From positions 961,044-1,025,043 of the forward strand of contig CAVSEO010000005.1 in NCBI GenBank assembly GCA_963727005.1: 64,000 nt of DNA, read 5' to 3'. Position numbers and translations under genes: made by a program. This stretch comes from an uncultured Chloroflexia bacterium. GTDB taxonomy: Bacteria; Chloroflexota; Limnocylindria; Limnocylindrales; CSP1-4. Positions 47,900 through 58,039 of the stretch are shown here, in pieces (within the stretch, counting starts at the first letter, position 1; each line of letters opens with the position of its first letter). Below the pieces are notes generated by a model that was not told the DNA's origin, ran no database searches, and saw nothing but the letters and a program-made list of their open reading frames with translations.

Positions 47900-47978
47900 T
47901 GGAGCAGCATGGGCCCGCGAGCGCCGCTCGTCAACCGCCACGCTTGACAGCTTGCCGCGGGTGGCGTCCCCTACCCTC

Positions 47979-49042
47979 ATGACGACGAAGAAGCGAACGC
48001 GACGCAGACTCCGTCTCCTCCTGGGCGCGGCGACGGTCGGCGTGGCCGCCTACGGTGCCGCCTACCAATTCGCACTCCGGTATCGGGAGCGCGTCGGCTT
48101 GCCGCACCGCAGTCCTGTCGAGACGACGCCCGATGAGTTTGGATTGGCGTATGAGAGCGTCGAAATCCCGTCCGGCGACCTGCGACTGGCGGGCTGGTTC
48201 GTGCCGGCAGCGACCGATGCCGGCGCCACGGGCGGGACGCGACCCGGCATCGTCATCGTGCACGGCTGGGAGTCCAACCGCGGCCGAACCTTCGCCCACG
48301 TCCGCTATCTCCACGCCGCCGGCTTCCACTGCCTGGTCTTCGACGTCCGCGGCCACGGCGACAGCCCGGCGGAGACGCTGCCGATCAACGTGCCGGAGTT
48401 CGCGGACGACGCCGTCGGCCGCGGTGCGGTGGCTGGCCGCCCGGCCGGAGATCTCGGCCGTCGGCGTGCTGGGCCATTCCATGGGCGGGGCCGGCGTCAT
48501 CGTGGCCGCCTCCCGCGAGCCGCTCATTCGGGCCGTCGTCAGCCTTTCCGCGCCGGCGGATCTGGTCCGGATGACCCGCAAGACCTTCACGATGGCCGAG
48601 ATGCACATCCCCGATCCGATCGCCGGCCCCCTCGCCCTGATCACGGCCGGAGTGCTCATGGCCCCTCGCCGCCATTCGATCGACGACGCCAGCGCCCTCG
48701 TGGCCGCGCGACGGTATCGAGGCCCGCTGCTGCTCATCCACGGAGCGGAGGATCACGGCGTGCCGGTCGAACATCTCGACCTGATCGCGAAGGCGGCGAC
48801 CGAAGCTCGCGGGGCGGACGACCCACCGGTCGAGACGCTGGTTCTGCCGGAGTTCGGCCATCGCTGGCTCTACGAGGCGCCCGAGTTCCGCCGTCGAGTG
48901 GCGCGGTTCTTCGCCTCGTCGCTCGGCGGGCCGGTTTCTCCGAAGGTCGCCGGCGCAGCGGGCCGAGGCCTGCGTCGTGGAACGCCCGCCGGATCCGGTC
49001 TACGGGTTCGGAGCGCTGCCCGCAAAGCAGACGCCTGGCTGA
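47979..49042 (+). CDS. Alpha/beta hydrolase (S9/S33-like, membrane-anchored); two +1 frameshifts (~48420 and ~48930)
   Basis: Reads MTTKKRTRRRLRLLLGAATVGVAAYGAAY...IVIVHGWESNRG...FDVRGHGDS / AAVRWLAARPEISAVGVLGHSMGGAG...LLLIHGAEDHGVP...EFGHRW. The end is placed at the TGA at 49040-49042 in the third frame. Confidence 0.7.
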
Positions 49043-49085
49043 TCGGCGCCGATCGCGGTCAACGCACGCTCAATCGGAGGCTCGG

Positions 49086-49607
49086 ATGGACACCTGGCAG
49101 GCGATCGACAAGATCCGGACGGTCCGGAAGTTCGCGGACAAGCCCCTGGAGCCCGAACATCTGGACCGAATCCTCAACGCCGGCCGGCGGGCGGGCAGCT
49201 CCAAGAACACCCAGCAGTGGGACTTCGTCGTCTGCACGGATCGCGCCCATCTGGTCGAGCTGGCCGAAGTCGGGCCGTACGCCGCCCATCTCGCCGGAGC
49301 GGCCGCCGCGGTCGCCCTGGTCGTGCCGGACCCCGCGACGCACGATGCGCCGTACTCGATCATGTGGGACCTGGGCCGGGCGGCGCAGAACATGGTCCTG
49401 GCCGCCTGGGAGCTCGGCATCGGCAGCGTTCCGGCCACGGTCTACCGGCAGGACCTGGCCCGCGAGCTGCTGGGTTACCCGGCCGACCACTGGTGCGAGT
49501 TCCTGCTTTCGTTCGGGTACCCGCTGGACCCCGAGGCCCTGACCTGGCCGAAGCGGGCGGGGGGCCGGAAGCCCCTGGAGGCGGTGGTCCATCAAGAGCG
49601 CTGGTAG
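49086..49607 (+). CDS. Nitroreductase-family protein
   Basis: GGAGG lies 5 nt upstream of the ATG. Contains MDTWQAIDKIRTVRKFADKPLEPEHLDRILNAGRRAGSSKNTQQWDFVV. Confidence 0.85.
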   Translation: MDTWQAIDKIRTVRKFADKPLEPEHLDRILNAGRRAGSSKNTQQWDFVVCTDRAHLVELAEVGPYAAHLAGAAAAVALVVPDPATHDAPYSIMWDLGRAAQNMVLAAWELGIGSVPATVYRQDLARELLGYPADHWCEFLLSFGYPLDPEALTWPKRAGGRKPLEAVVHQERW

Positions 49608-49814
49608 CCCCCCGACGGTCGGCACCCCCGCGCCACGGAGGAACGCGTCGGCAGACCGACCGTTGCGGCCCGGTATCGGCCGACTCACAATCCGTCACAG
49701 CGGGAGGACGGCAGAGGAGTCCTTGGGCCCTGGGCGACGTCCGTCACGTCGGCACAAGAGCCTCACGCCGAGCCAGATGGCTGGACCGATCCTCCCGGAG
49801 TGGAGGTATGTCGG

Positions 49815-50240
49815 ATGCGGTTTCCCGGTCGGGTTCTTTCGGTTGTCGCGCTTTCGGCCCTGCTCGTGGCGCTGCCGGGGGGCGGCGTGGCAAACGGCTC
49901 CGACCCTGCGGGTGCTGGTCCAACAATCAAGCTGCCCGGTGGGGCGGACGCGGCCCAGCCTGCTATTAGCCTTATCGCGGGTGCGACTATCGGCACAGTC
50001 GGCTCCGCCGACCTGATCGCCTGGTCGGCGGCCGGTGGCGCGACCATCGTGGATGAAGGGCTCCCTAACGGCTATCTGTTCTACAACAGCGCCGGCGGCC
50101 TCGTGATGGCCCCTCTCGGGCTACCGGCCGGGGCGACGCTCTGGCAGGTCGACGTCTACGGCTGGGCTCTGCCGGCCGGCTCGGCCCAGACCTGGAACCT
50201 GTACGACCAGGGCCGAGCCGTCCTCGTCGCCCGTATCTGA
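49815..50240 (+). CDS. Secreted protein, N-terminal segment (probably the same gene as 50278..50772, separated by a frameshift)
   Basis: The signal peptide is MRFPGRVLSVVALSALLVALPGGGVANG. The segment ends at a TGA 37 nt before the next segment, which lacks its own signal peptide. Confidence 0.5.
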   Translation: MRFPGRVLSVVALSALLVALPGGGVANGSDPAGAGPTIKLPGGADAAQPAISLIAGATIGTVGSADLIAWSAAGGATIVDEGLPNGYLFYNSAGGLVMAPLGLPAGATLWQVDVYGWALPAGSAQTWNLYDQGRAVLVARI

Positions 50241-50277
50241 CCATCCCGAGCGCGGGTCCGGGATCCGCACCGGGACT

Positions 50278-50772
50278 ATGAGCTTCGCGGGCGGCTGGAC
50301 GGTGCCGGCCGGCCACAACTTGCAGATTGGCATGGCTTCGACCACGTCGACAAATGGGTTTGACGGGGTCGTCTTCCAGTACACGATGCCGACGTACTCG
50401 TTCGTGCCGATCACCCCTACAAGAGTCCTCGACACGCGCAACGGCACAGGCGGACTCTCGGGTCCCTTCACCAACCATGTGGCTCGAACCTTCCAGGTAA
50501 CCGGCGGCAGCAGCGGAGTGCCGGCCGGTGCCAGGGCGGTGACCGGCAACCTGACCGTGACCGGGCAGACCTCCAACGGCTACCTGTTCATCGGCCCGAC
50601 GGCGATGAACAACCCCACGAGCTCGACCCTCAACTTCCCCGCCGGCGATGACCGGGCCAACGCCGTGACCGTCGGCCTCAGCTCCTTGGGCACCCTCTCG
50701 ATCACCTTCGTGGCTCCCAGCAACGGACCCACGGCCCACGCCATCTTCGATGTGACCGGCTACTACATGTAA
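50278..50772 (+). CDS. Secreted protein, C-terminal segment with a conserved beta-rich domain ending DVTGYY
   Basis: Contains FVPITPTRVLDTRNGTGG...RTFQVTGGSSGVPAGARAVTGNLTVTGQTSNGYLFIGP...STLNFPAGDDRANAVTVGLSSLGTLSITF...AHAIFDVTGYY. From memory this domain pattern is common in actinobacterial secreted proteins. I cannot name the family. Confidence 0.55.
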   Translation: MSFAGGWTVPAGHNLQIGMASTTSTNGFDGVVFQYTMPTYSFVPITPTRVLDTRNGTGGLSGPFTNHVARTFQVTGGSSGVPAGARAVTGNLTVTGQTSNGYLFIGPTAMNNPTSSTLNFPAGDDRANAVTVGLSSLGTLSITFVAPSNGPTAHAIFDVTGYYM

Positions 50773-50786
50773 CGCGGAAGCCCGCA

Positions 50787-50824
50787 GAGACCCCTCGGCC
50801 ACCCGGCCGGGGGGTCTCTTTGCA
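50787..50824 (+). terminator. Hairpin terminator between convergent genes
   Basis: AGAGACCCC...GGGGTCTCT forms a 9-bp stem with an inner CGGCC/GGCCG sub-stem, followed by TTTG. Confidence 0.6.
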
Positions 50825-50850
50825 GGGAGGCGGCCCTTGGCCGAGTCCGG

Positions 50851-51948
50851 CTACTCCCAGCGGAAGGTGCGGGCGGCGATGGCCAGGCAGACGACCATCC
50901 AGCCGGTGAGGATCGCCAGATCCACCCCGAGCGGCGCCACCTGCGTGCCGTTGACCATGACCTGCCGCAGGGCGTCGCCCAGGTAGGTCAGGGGCAACAA
51001 CCGGGCCACGCTTTGGAGCCAGCTCGGCATGAACTCGAACGAGAAGAAGATGCCCGAGAGGAACATCATCGGCATCTGCACGACCTGCACCACGCCGGTT
51101 GCCTGCTCCTCGGTCTTGAGGAACGAAGCGAGCAGGAAACCGATCGCCAGGAAGGCACCCGCGCCCAGGAGGATCAGCCCCGCCATCGCCAGGACGCTGC
51201 CGACGACCTGGACGTTGAACACGGCTATGCCTATGCCGATGATCAGCACCCCGTTCACGGCCGCGACCATCAGCCGCAGCAGGATGTTGCTGGCAACGAG
51301 CTTCCAGCGGGCCAGCGGCGTGGCACCGATCCGCTTCAGGATCCCTTTCTCGCGCTGCTGCACGAGCGGGATCGCGGCGAAGATCCCGAGCTGCATCAGG
51401 GCCATCGCCAGGATGCTGGGCACCAGATAGGCGACGTTGCTCAGGTTCGTCGACGACAGCGTCTGCTGCTCGATCGTGACGACGTTGGAGCCGCCCGCGA
51501 GCTGCAGATTGAAACCGTTCGCTATCTGCGTGGCGATCCCCTGGATGACCTGAGTGGTCTGGCTCTTGGTCGGGTCGGCATAGACCTGGATCGCGATGCT
51601 CGCCGCCTTGCCCGACTTGGCGGACGCCACCGTGTCCTGCAGGCCCTTCGGCAGAACGATGACCGCCGAGACATTGCCCTGCTCCATGGCCTTCTTCTCT
51701 TCGTCGAGCGTGCCGACTTTGAGGTCCAGGAGCGAGACCCCGGCGAACGCCTGATGCACCCCGGCGGAAGCGAGCGTGTTGTCCTGGTCGACGAACCCGA
51801 CGGTGACCTTGCTGTTGCCGTTCCCGGAGAACAGGACCCCGAACAGCAGGACGAACATGATCGGGAAGAAGAAGGTCCAGAAAAGCGCGGCGCGATCGCG
51901 GGTAAGGCTCTTGATGTTCGCGACCGTGAGCAGCAGGAGGGTCTTCAT
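50851..51948 (-). CDS. ABC-2-type transporter permease
   Basis: Intact 365-aa ORF with an N-terminal TM, a large loop and then 5 TM segments. Located directly downstream of the ATPase gene. Confidence 0.85.
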   Translation of the reverse strand: MKTLLLLTVANIKSLTRDRAALFWTFFFPIMFVLLFGVLFSGNGNSKVTVGFVDQDNTLASAGVHQAFAGVSLLDLKVGTLDEEKKAMEQGNVSAVIVLPKGLQDTVASAKSGKAASIAIQVYADPTKSQTTQVIQGIATQIANGFNLQLAGGSNVVTIEQQTLSSTNLSNVAYLVPSILAMALMQLGIFAAIPLVQQREKGILKRIGATPLARWKLVASNILLRLMVAAVNGVLIIGIGIAVFNVQVVGSVLAMAGLILLGAGAFLAIGFLLASFLKTEEQATGVVQVVQMPMMFLSGIFFSFEFMPSWLQSVARLLPLTYLGDALRQVMVNGTQVAPLGVDLAILTGWMVVCLAIAARTFRWE

Positions 51949-51957
51949 CGGTCGCTC

Positions 51958-52890
51958 CTAGTCGCGCAGGGCTCGACCGGTCAGGTCGAGGAATACGTCT
52001 TCGAGAGTGGCCTGGCGGATGCCAAGGTTGTGCGGCTCCACGCTGAGGCCGTCGGCGAGGGCGAGCAGGGTGCCGATCGTGCCCGGTACGTCGCGCGAGT
52101 AAAGCAACGTCTGGCCGTCCTCCTGGCTCGCGCGAGTGACTCCATCCAGCTTGCTCAAGCGATCCATCGGCAGCTGCGGCGTCGTGTCGAAGAAGACCGC
52201 CCGCTCCTTGAAACGCCGCCCGATCAGCTCCGGGACCGTCCCCATCTCGAGGATATGGCCGTGGTCCATGATGGCCACGCGGTCGCACAGCTCGGCGGCC
52301 TCTTCCATGTAGTGAGTGGTCAGCATGACCGTCTTGCCCCTGGCCTGGAGCCCCTTGACGAGGTCCCATAGCGAGCGGCGCGCCTGCGGATCGAGACCCG
52401 TCGTCGGCTCATCGAGGAAGATCAGCTCCGGATCGTTGACCAGGGCCAGGGCGATCGAGAGGCGCTGCTGCTGACCGCCCGAGAGGTTCATCGACCGGGC
52501 GTTGGCGCGCTCCCCCAGGTCGACGGCATCGATCAGCTGCTGGGTCGGCACATGATGGTCGTAGAAGCTGGCGAACAGGTCGAGGAGCTCGGTGACGGTG
52601 AGTCGCGGGTACAGCGACACGGTTTGGAGCTGGACGCCGGTGCGCTGCTTGATCGACGGCGCGTGCTTGGTCACGTCCATCCCGAAGACCGTGACCGCAC
52701 CGGAATCCGGTTCGCGAAGGCCCTCGAGGATTTCGATGGTCGTGGTCTTGCCGGCCCCGTTCGGACCGAGCATGCCGAAGACTTCGCCCGGCGCGACCGT
52801 GAAGCTCACTCCGTCGACGGCTTTGACGTCGCCGTAGCACTTGCACAACTCGCCGACGCTGATGACCGGCTGGCCGCTCTCCGTCATCAC
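51958..52890 (-). CDS. ABC transporter ATP-binding protein (DrrA/NatA-like)
   Basis: Walker A is GPNGAGKTT, the signature is LSGGQQQRL, and Walker B is LIFLDEPTTGLD. Confidence 0.9.
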   Translation of the reverse strand: MMTESGQPVISVGELCKCYGDVKAVDGVSFTVAPGEVFGMLGPNGAGKTTTIEILEGLREPDSGAVTVFGMDVTKHAPSIKQRTGVQLQTVSLYPRLTVTELLDLFASFYDHHVPTQQLIDAVDLGERANARSMNLSGGQQQRLSIALALVNDPELIFLDEPTTGLDPQARRSLWDLVKGLQARGKTVMLTTHYMEEAAELCDRVAIMDHGHILEMGTVPELIGRRFKERAVFFDTTPQLPMDRLSKLDGVTRASQEDGQTLLYSRDVPGTIGTLLALADGLSVEPHNLGIRQATLEDVFLDLTGRALRD

Positions 52891-53055
52891 ACTCCCCGGT
52901 TCGGGCCTCGCCGGTCGTCCATGCTGGATCGGGCGGGCGTCAGGACGAATCTAGCCGTCCCGGCTCCGGAATGTTCGTCCGTCTTGCGAATGATCGTCCC
53001 GCTGCCGCGGTGAGTACCGCCCAGCGGGCCGGTGGCCGTGCTGCGCGGCGGCTCG

Positions 53056-53914
53056 CTAGCGCGGGTGCTCGAGCAGCATCTCTGCCGAGCGCGGGCCCAG
53101 CGTCGCGAAACCGAGTCGCTCGTAAAGCCGGATCGCCCGGGTGTTCTCCGGGTAGACGCCGAGGTAGACGAGGTCGAAGCCGGCGGCTACCGAATCGTGG
53201 GCCAGGGCCTGCGTGATGAGGCGGCCGAAGCCGCGGCCACGCCACGCCGGCCGCGTCCCGATCGAGGAGAGGTAGCTCGCCCCATCGAAGGAGTACCTCT
53301 CGCCGGTCGCCACGGGCTCACCGTCGATCCGGATCAGGTAGGCGTGGAAGGTGGGCTGTTGGAGGGTCAGCTCGATCTCGGCTACCAGATTGGGTTGCCT
53401 GGCGAGTGGGATGTGGAACGACTCGCCGATGACCAGAGCCAGGTCCCGCGCCAGGCCCGGCCGGTCCTGCGGCGAGGGTTGGTGCCAGCGCTCCAATGCG
53501 CGCGCCCCCGGGAAGCGGCATCTCGGGCGGACCCCCGGGGTCCCGCAGCAGGATCATGTCCGAGCCGCCGCCCTGGTTCACGAACCCATTCGCGGACAGG
53601 CGGGCAGTCAGATCGGCCGGCGTACTGAGGCCCGGTATGACCCACGCGAAGGGCCGGCGATCGAGCGCGGCGAAGAGCTCGTTCGCGTGCCTCAGCCGGG
53701 CGTCGAAGGCCTTTGGGTCCTCGGGCCAGCGGACGGCCGTCAGTCGATTGAAGAAGGGCTCCTTCTCGCCGGCGGAAAAGAGCAGCACCGCATCGCCGAG
53801 ATCGCGCCAGCCGCGGCCGGGGATTGCGACGGCGCGCGCGGAATGGATCTCGAGTGAGCGCAGGGTCTCCTCGCTGAGTCCGAACCACGGAGCGGGCCCC
53901 GTAGGAAGTGGCAC
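53056..53914 (-). CDS. GNAT-family N-acetyltransferase (two-domain); +1 frameshift near 53500
   Basis: The C-terminal fragment has the acetyl-CoA motif IGTRPAWRGRGFGRLITQAL...AIRLYERLGF. The N-terminal fragment 53318..53914 supplies a second GNAT-like half. Confidence 0.75.
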
Positions 53915-54098
53915 AGCCGAACCTTAGGCGATGCCGCGAAGACAGGCACGGACCGCACGACGGGATTCCGCCCCACCACACGGGCTCGACGCGGTCTTGA
54001 CGAGGGTTTCGAACAGTAAGTCGCTAACATATCGATGCGCCCGGCGGCTCGCCCGGCTGTCGAGGTCCCGACGCCCGGCGCCAGCTCACAGGAGGAAC

Positions 54099-56192
54099 AT
54101 GCGCTCGCTGACACGCCGGGTAGGCCTGGGGCTTGCGGCCAGGGGTGACGTCTCGGACGTCATCGATTGGACCAGGCGGGCGCGGGACGCCGGACTCGAC
54201 TCGGTCTGGATCCACGACTCCTACTACGAGCGGGACGCCATCACGTTCGGCGCCGCCATCGCCGCCGCCCTGGCCAACGATCCGGAAAGCTCGTTCCGGC
54301 TTGCCCTGGGCGCGGTGAATCCGTACACGCGCCACCCCGTCGTGCTGGCCATGACCGGTTCCGCGCTGGACGAGATCCTGCCCGAACACATCGTCATGGG
54401 CATCGGGACCGGCTTGCCGCTGCGGCTCAAGCAGATGGGCATCCCCTACTCGCCCGACGAGGCCGTGGCTCGCGTCAGCGCGACCCTCGATCAGCTGCGG
54501 GCGCTGTGGGCCGGCGAGCGGCTCCCTTCCTCCACGCCGGGACTGCCGCCGATCCAGCCGATGTTCCCGCCGGTCCACCGCATCCCGCTATTCGTGGCCG
54601 CGTACCGCAAGGAGTTCGTGGAGCTGGCCGGGCAGAAGGCGGATGGCTACCTGGCCCGACCCTGCGAGTCGGTCCCGTCCCTGCGCTTGATCCTGGAACG
54701 CCTGGCCGCTTCGGCGACCGCCGCCGGCCGCGACCCGCGCGACATCGAAACGGCCGGCTACCTGCTCTCCCTCGTCGACAAGACGCGGCGGGAGGCGTTG
54801 AACCGGGCCAAGCGCGAGCCCTTCGTGATCTACATGATGTCGGTCCTGGGCGACGTGTCGATGAACCGGGCCGGTTTCGAGCTGGACCTGCGGAATCGGA
54901 TCGCCACCGCCTGGCGCGCCGAGGAATTCCACGAAGCCGGCAAGCTGATCCCGGACGACCTGCTCGACGCCTTCATGCTGTGCGGCACGCGCGAGGACGT
55001 TGCCGCACGGGCGATGGACTTCCACTCCGAGACGGGACTGAATCTGCCGCTGCTCCAGCCGGTCGTGCAGGACGAGACCCAGGTCATCGAGCTGATCGAG
55101 GCAGCGCGTCTCTATGCCGACCTGCCCTTGCCGGTCGCCACAGACGAGAGAGTCGCCGCGGCCGCCGGCGCGACCACGGCGCGAGGCGGCACGGTGGACG
55201 GCTCCGGCGCGATCGATACGCCCGCGGAGTCCGGCACCCGGCATCTCGGCCTGGCCGACGACCACCGGCTCGGACTCTTCGAGCGTGGACGCCGTCGCCT
55301 GGGAGCCGCCTATGAGGTCCTTCGGCCGTTTGCCTACACGGCCTCGGCGATTCCGGTCCTGGCCGGAGGCGCGCTCGCAGCCGTGGACTCCCATTTCTCG
55401 TGGCTGCCGTTCCTGGCCGCGCTCGCGGGCGGGATGCTCCTCCACTCCGGCACGAACGTGATCAACGAGGTCTACGACGTCCGCAAGGGCATCGACACCA
55501 TCACATCGCCACGGATGAGCCACGCGGTCCTCAAGGGTCGGGTCAGCGAACGAGGCGCCTACGCCTTCGCCATCGCGCTGTTCCTTGCCGCCATCGCCGT
55601 CGGCGGCTACCTGGTCTGGCTCCGCGGCGCCGCCATAGCGGGCCTTGGTCTCCTGGGCCTGGTCGCCGGCTACACCTACACCGCGCCCCCATTCCAGTAC
55701 AAGTACCGGGCGCTCGGCGTGCCGGTCGTGTTCGTGCTCATGGGCCCGATCATGGTGGTGGGCTCCTACTACGCGGTCACCGGCCTGTGGGACTGGCACG
55801 CCCTCGTTCTCTCGCTGCCGGTCGGCCTGCTCGTGGCGGCCATCCTCCACGGCAACGAGTGGCGCGACATCAGCGAGGACACGCGGGCGGGAATCAGCAC
55901 TCTCTCGAGCCGCATCGGGCGTGACTGGGCCCACTACGGCTACCTGGGCCTCGTGATCGGGGCGTACGTGACCCTTGGTCTGGCCATCGCCATCAGGTGG
56001 CTTCCGGCCACTACCGTCATCGCGGTCTTCTCTCTGCCGTTCCTGGCCCAGGTGGTCCGCTCGGCCGAGCTTGGCTCCACCGGTCAGGCCCGGGCGATCG
56101 CGATGATCGATCTGCAGACCGCCCGGCTCCACTTCGCCTTCGGGTTGCTGCTCGTGCTGGGATTGCTGCTGGCGCGTATCGTCCCCGCATGA
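54099..56192 (+). CDS. Single ORF combining a luciferase-like (LLM, F420/flavin-dependent) oxidoreductase domain with a UbiA/MenA-type polyprenyltransferase domain
   Basis: GGAGGA precedes the ATG at 54099. The N-terminal ~340 aa are LLM-like (GLDSVWIHDSYYERDAITFGAAIAAA...GIGTGLPLRLKQMG...LCGTREDVAAR). The C-terminal ~300 aa are a polytopic UbiA fold (LRPFAYTASAIPVLAG...NVINEVYDVRKGID...YTAPPFQYKYRALG...). There is no in-frame stop between them. Confidence 0.7.
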   Translation: MRSLTRRVGLGLAARGDVSDVIDWTRRARDAGLDSVWIHDSYYERDAITFGAAIAAALANDPESSFRLALGAVNPYTRHPVVLAMTGSALDEILPEHIVMGIGTGLPLRLKQMGIPYSPDEAVARVSATLDQLRALWAGERLPSSTPGLPPIQPMFPPVHRIPLFVAAYRKEFVELAGQKADGYLARPCESVPSLRLILERLAASATAAGRDPRDIETAGYLLSLVDKTRREALNRAKREPFVIYMMSVLGDVSMNRAGFELDLRNRIATAWRAEEFHEAGKLIPDDLLDAFMLCGTREDVAARAMDFHSETGLNLPLLQPVVQDETQVIELIEAARLYADLPLPVATDERVAAAAGATTARGGTVDGSGAIDTPAESGTRHLGLADDHRLGLFERGRRRLGAAYEVLRPFAYTASAIPVLAGGALAAVDSHFSWLPFLAALAGGMLLHSGTNVINEVYDVRKGIDTITSPRMSHAVLKGRVSERGAYAFAIALFLAAIAVGGYLVWLRGAAIAGLGLLGLVAGYTYTAPPFQYKYRALGVPVVFVLMGPIMVVGSYYAVTGLWDWHALVLSLPVGLLVAAILHGNEWRDISEDTRAGISTLSSRIGRDWAHYGYLGLVIGAYVTLGLAIAIRWLPATTVIAVFSLPFLAQVVRSAELGSTGQARAIAMIDLQTARLHFAFGLLLVLGLLLARIVPA

Positions 56193-56951
56193 AGGCGACG
56201 TCGGACCGCAACGGCGGTGGTGCTCCGCCGAACCGGGCGGTCGCGGACCGCCGTCTGGACGCGGCGCTGGCCGTTGGATTGGCGGCCGCCGTGCCGGCGT
56301 TCGCGGCGACCTTCCGCGGCCCGCGCGACCGATTCTGGAGCCGGATGACTGCGACCGGTCTGGCATTGGGCGGCCTGGCGCTGCTCGCCAACCCGAAGCT
56401 CCGGCGGACGCGCATCGGTCTCCGGGAAGTGGCTCTGGGTCTGACCTCGGCCGCCGCGCTGTACGGGACCTTCAAGCTCGGCGACCGGTTCGCGCGACGC
56501 GTCGTGCCCGGCGGTGACGACCAGATCCGCGACATCTACTCGCTGCGGGAACTGGCTCCGCGGAGCGAGACCGCGGCTCCGGCTGGTCACGATCATCGGC
56601 CCGGCGGAGGAGCTGTTCTGGCGTGGCCTGGTGCAGGAGGCCCTCATGCGCCGCTACGGCCGCTGGACGGGCGCGGCGATGGCCGCCGTGGCGTACTCGG
56701 CGGTCCACGTGACGACGGGCAACTTCACCCTCATGGGCGCGGCCGGAGTGGCCGGCGCTCACTGGTGCTTCCTCTACGCGGCCGGAGTCCCCATCGGGGC
56801 GCTCATCGTCAGCCATTGCGCCTGGGACGTGTGGATCTTCCTCGTCCAGCCCACGGGCGACGTCGCGGCTGCGGCCGCTGGCCGTGGCCGTGGAGTAGCC
56901 GCTGCGCCTCCAGGGCGCACGCCGACCGGGGAGGTAGGGACCCGGATCTAG
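56189..56951 (+). CDS. CPBP-family intramembrane glutamic endopeptidase (CAAX protease-like); +1 frameshift near 56575
   Basis: The ATG overlaps the stop of the preceding gene (ATGA at 56189-56192). Motifs EELFWRG, AVAYSAVH and SHCAWD appear after the shift. Confidence 0.7.
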
Positions 56952-57721
56952 TTCCAGCGCTCCAGCACTCGGGCCCATTTCTCGGCGGTGCGGGCCGGGC
57001 TCAGTCTCTGGCGGTGGACCCGCCGCCTCTCCAGGTCGTCCCGGACGGGGCGCAGGATGCACAGCCATCCGTCCATGCGCTGGTACGAGAGCTCCTGAAC
57101 CGCGACTACGTCACCCACTACGCCGCTGTCGAGCTTGCGCCAGACGATCCGGACACCGCCATCGACGGTTTCGAGCGAGGCCTGGGTGGCCCTCCCGCCG
57201 AGGACGTCGCTCAACGTCAGGAAGCGCGGCCATTCGGACGCGACTTCCGGATCGGCCAGGGCGTCCATCAGTCGAGTGAGGATCCACCACATCCCGTCCG
57301 ACCCGAGTCGGACCCGGTCGTCGCCAAAGGCAGAGATGTGGCCGTCGCCGCGAGCGTCCATGTCGAGAACCAGGCCGGTCGGAGTGCCGGGCAGGGACAT
57401 CGAGAAGGGCTCCACGGGCGAGATGGAGATGCGCGGATCGTCGGGGAATGCCTGGGCCGCCGCGGGCGGTACGCCTATCACCTCGAGCGGCTGACCGCGC
57501 CGCTCCGCCTTCTTCAGCAGGCCGCGGACGAGCCCGGCCACGTCATCGTCGGTGAGCGGAGACGCATCGCTCCAGGTCACCTTGGAATCGATCTCGAAGA
57601 GCCGGGCGAGGCTGTCGCCGTCGGCCGGCCGCGTGGCGACCGTGACCGATCTGCCGTCGACCTTGTACTCGAGCCTGTCGTCCGCGGTAGGCGCCTTCAC
57701 TCGTCCCATGGCGGTCCTCAT
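56948..57721 (-). CDS. Hypothetical protein (~257 aa)
   Basis: A coding-looking ORF (LEYKVDGRSVTVATRPADGDSLARLFEIDSKVTWSD...MWWILTRLMDALADPEVASEWPRFLTLSDV...). I recognise no motif. The start was chosen at an internal ATG; the track ORF extends to 57814. Confidence 0.5.
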   Translation of the reverse strand: MRTAMGRVKAPTADDRLEYKVDGRSVTVATRPADGDSLARLFEIDSKVTWSDASPLTDDDVAGLVRGLLKKAERRGQPLEVIGVPPAAAQAFPDDPRISISPVEPFSMSLPGTPTGLVLDMDARGDGHISAFGDDRVRLGSDGMWWILTRLMDALADPEVASEWPRFLTLSDVLGGRATQASLETVDGGVRIVWRKLDSGVVGDVVAVQELSYQRMDGWLCILRPVRDDLERRRVHRQRLSPARTAEKWARVLERWN

Positions 57722-58039
57722 TTCGCTGCGCTGTACCGATCGGCCGAGGGGACGACCGACCAAGTCCGCCCAACGGGCGGGCAAGCTCCAGCGCAAGCGA
57801 CCGCGTGAGGGCACGAACGCCGCCGCGATGCGCCCGGGAATCGACCCGGCGTTCGAATAGTACCCCTTTCAGTGGGGCAAGTGGGACTTTTGGCGCAGAT
57901 TCGCCCAGGACTATCGGCGACCGGCTGTGCCAAGTAAGGTGGCACGGGGCGGATGCACGATGCGATGCTGGGGCTTGCGAGTGGCAGCTCCGCCGGTGCC
58001 GTGGCGCGGCTCCACCGCTCGACCTCTGAGGAGAGCGTC

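Noticed and set aside
47952-49607. A 551-aa ORF joining the hydrolase and the nitroreductase
   Set aside because: The middle third is Arg-rich off-frame sequence. The hydrolase continues in other frames to ~49042, and the nitroreductase has its own GGAGG-ATG at 49086.
53931-54098. A 56-codon N-terminal extension of the LLM-UbiA ORF
   Set aside because: It is an Arg-rich stretch with no SD. The ATG at 54099 is preceded by GGAGGA and matches the LLM family N-terminus.
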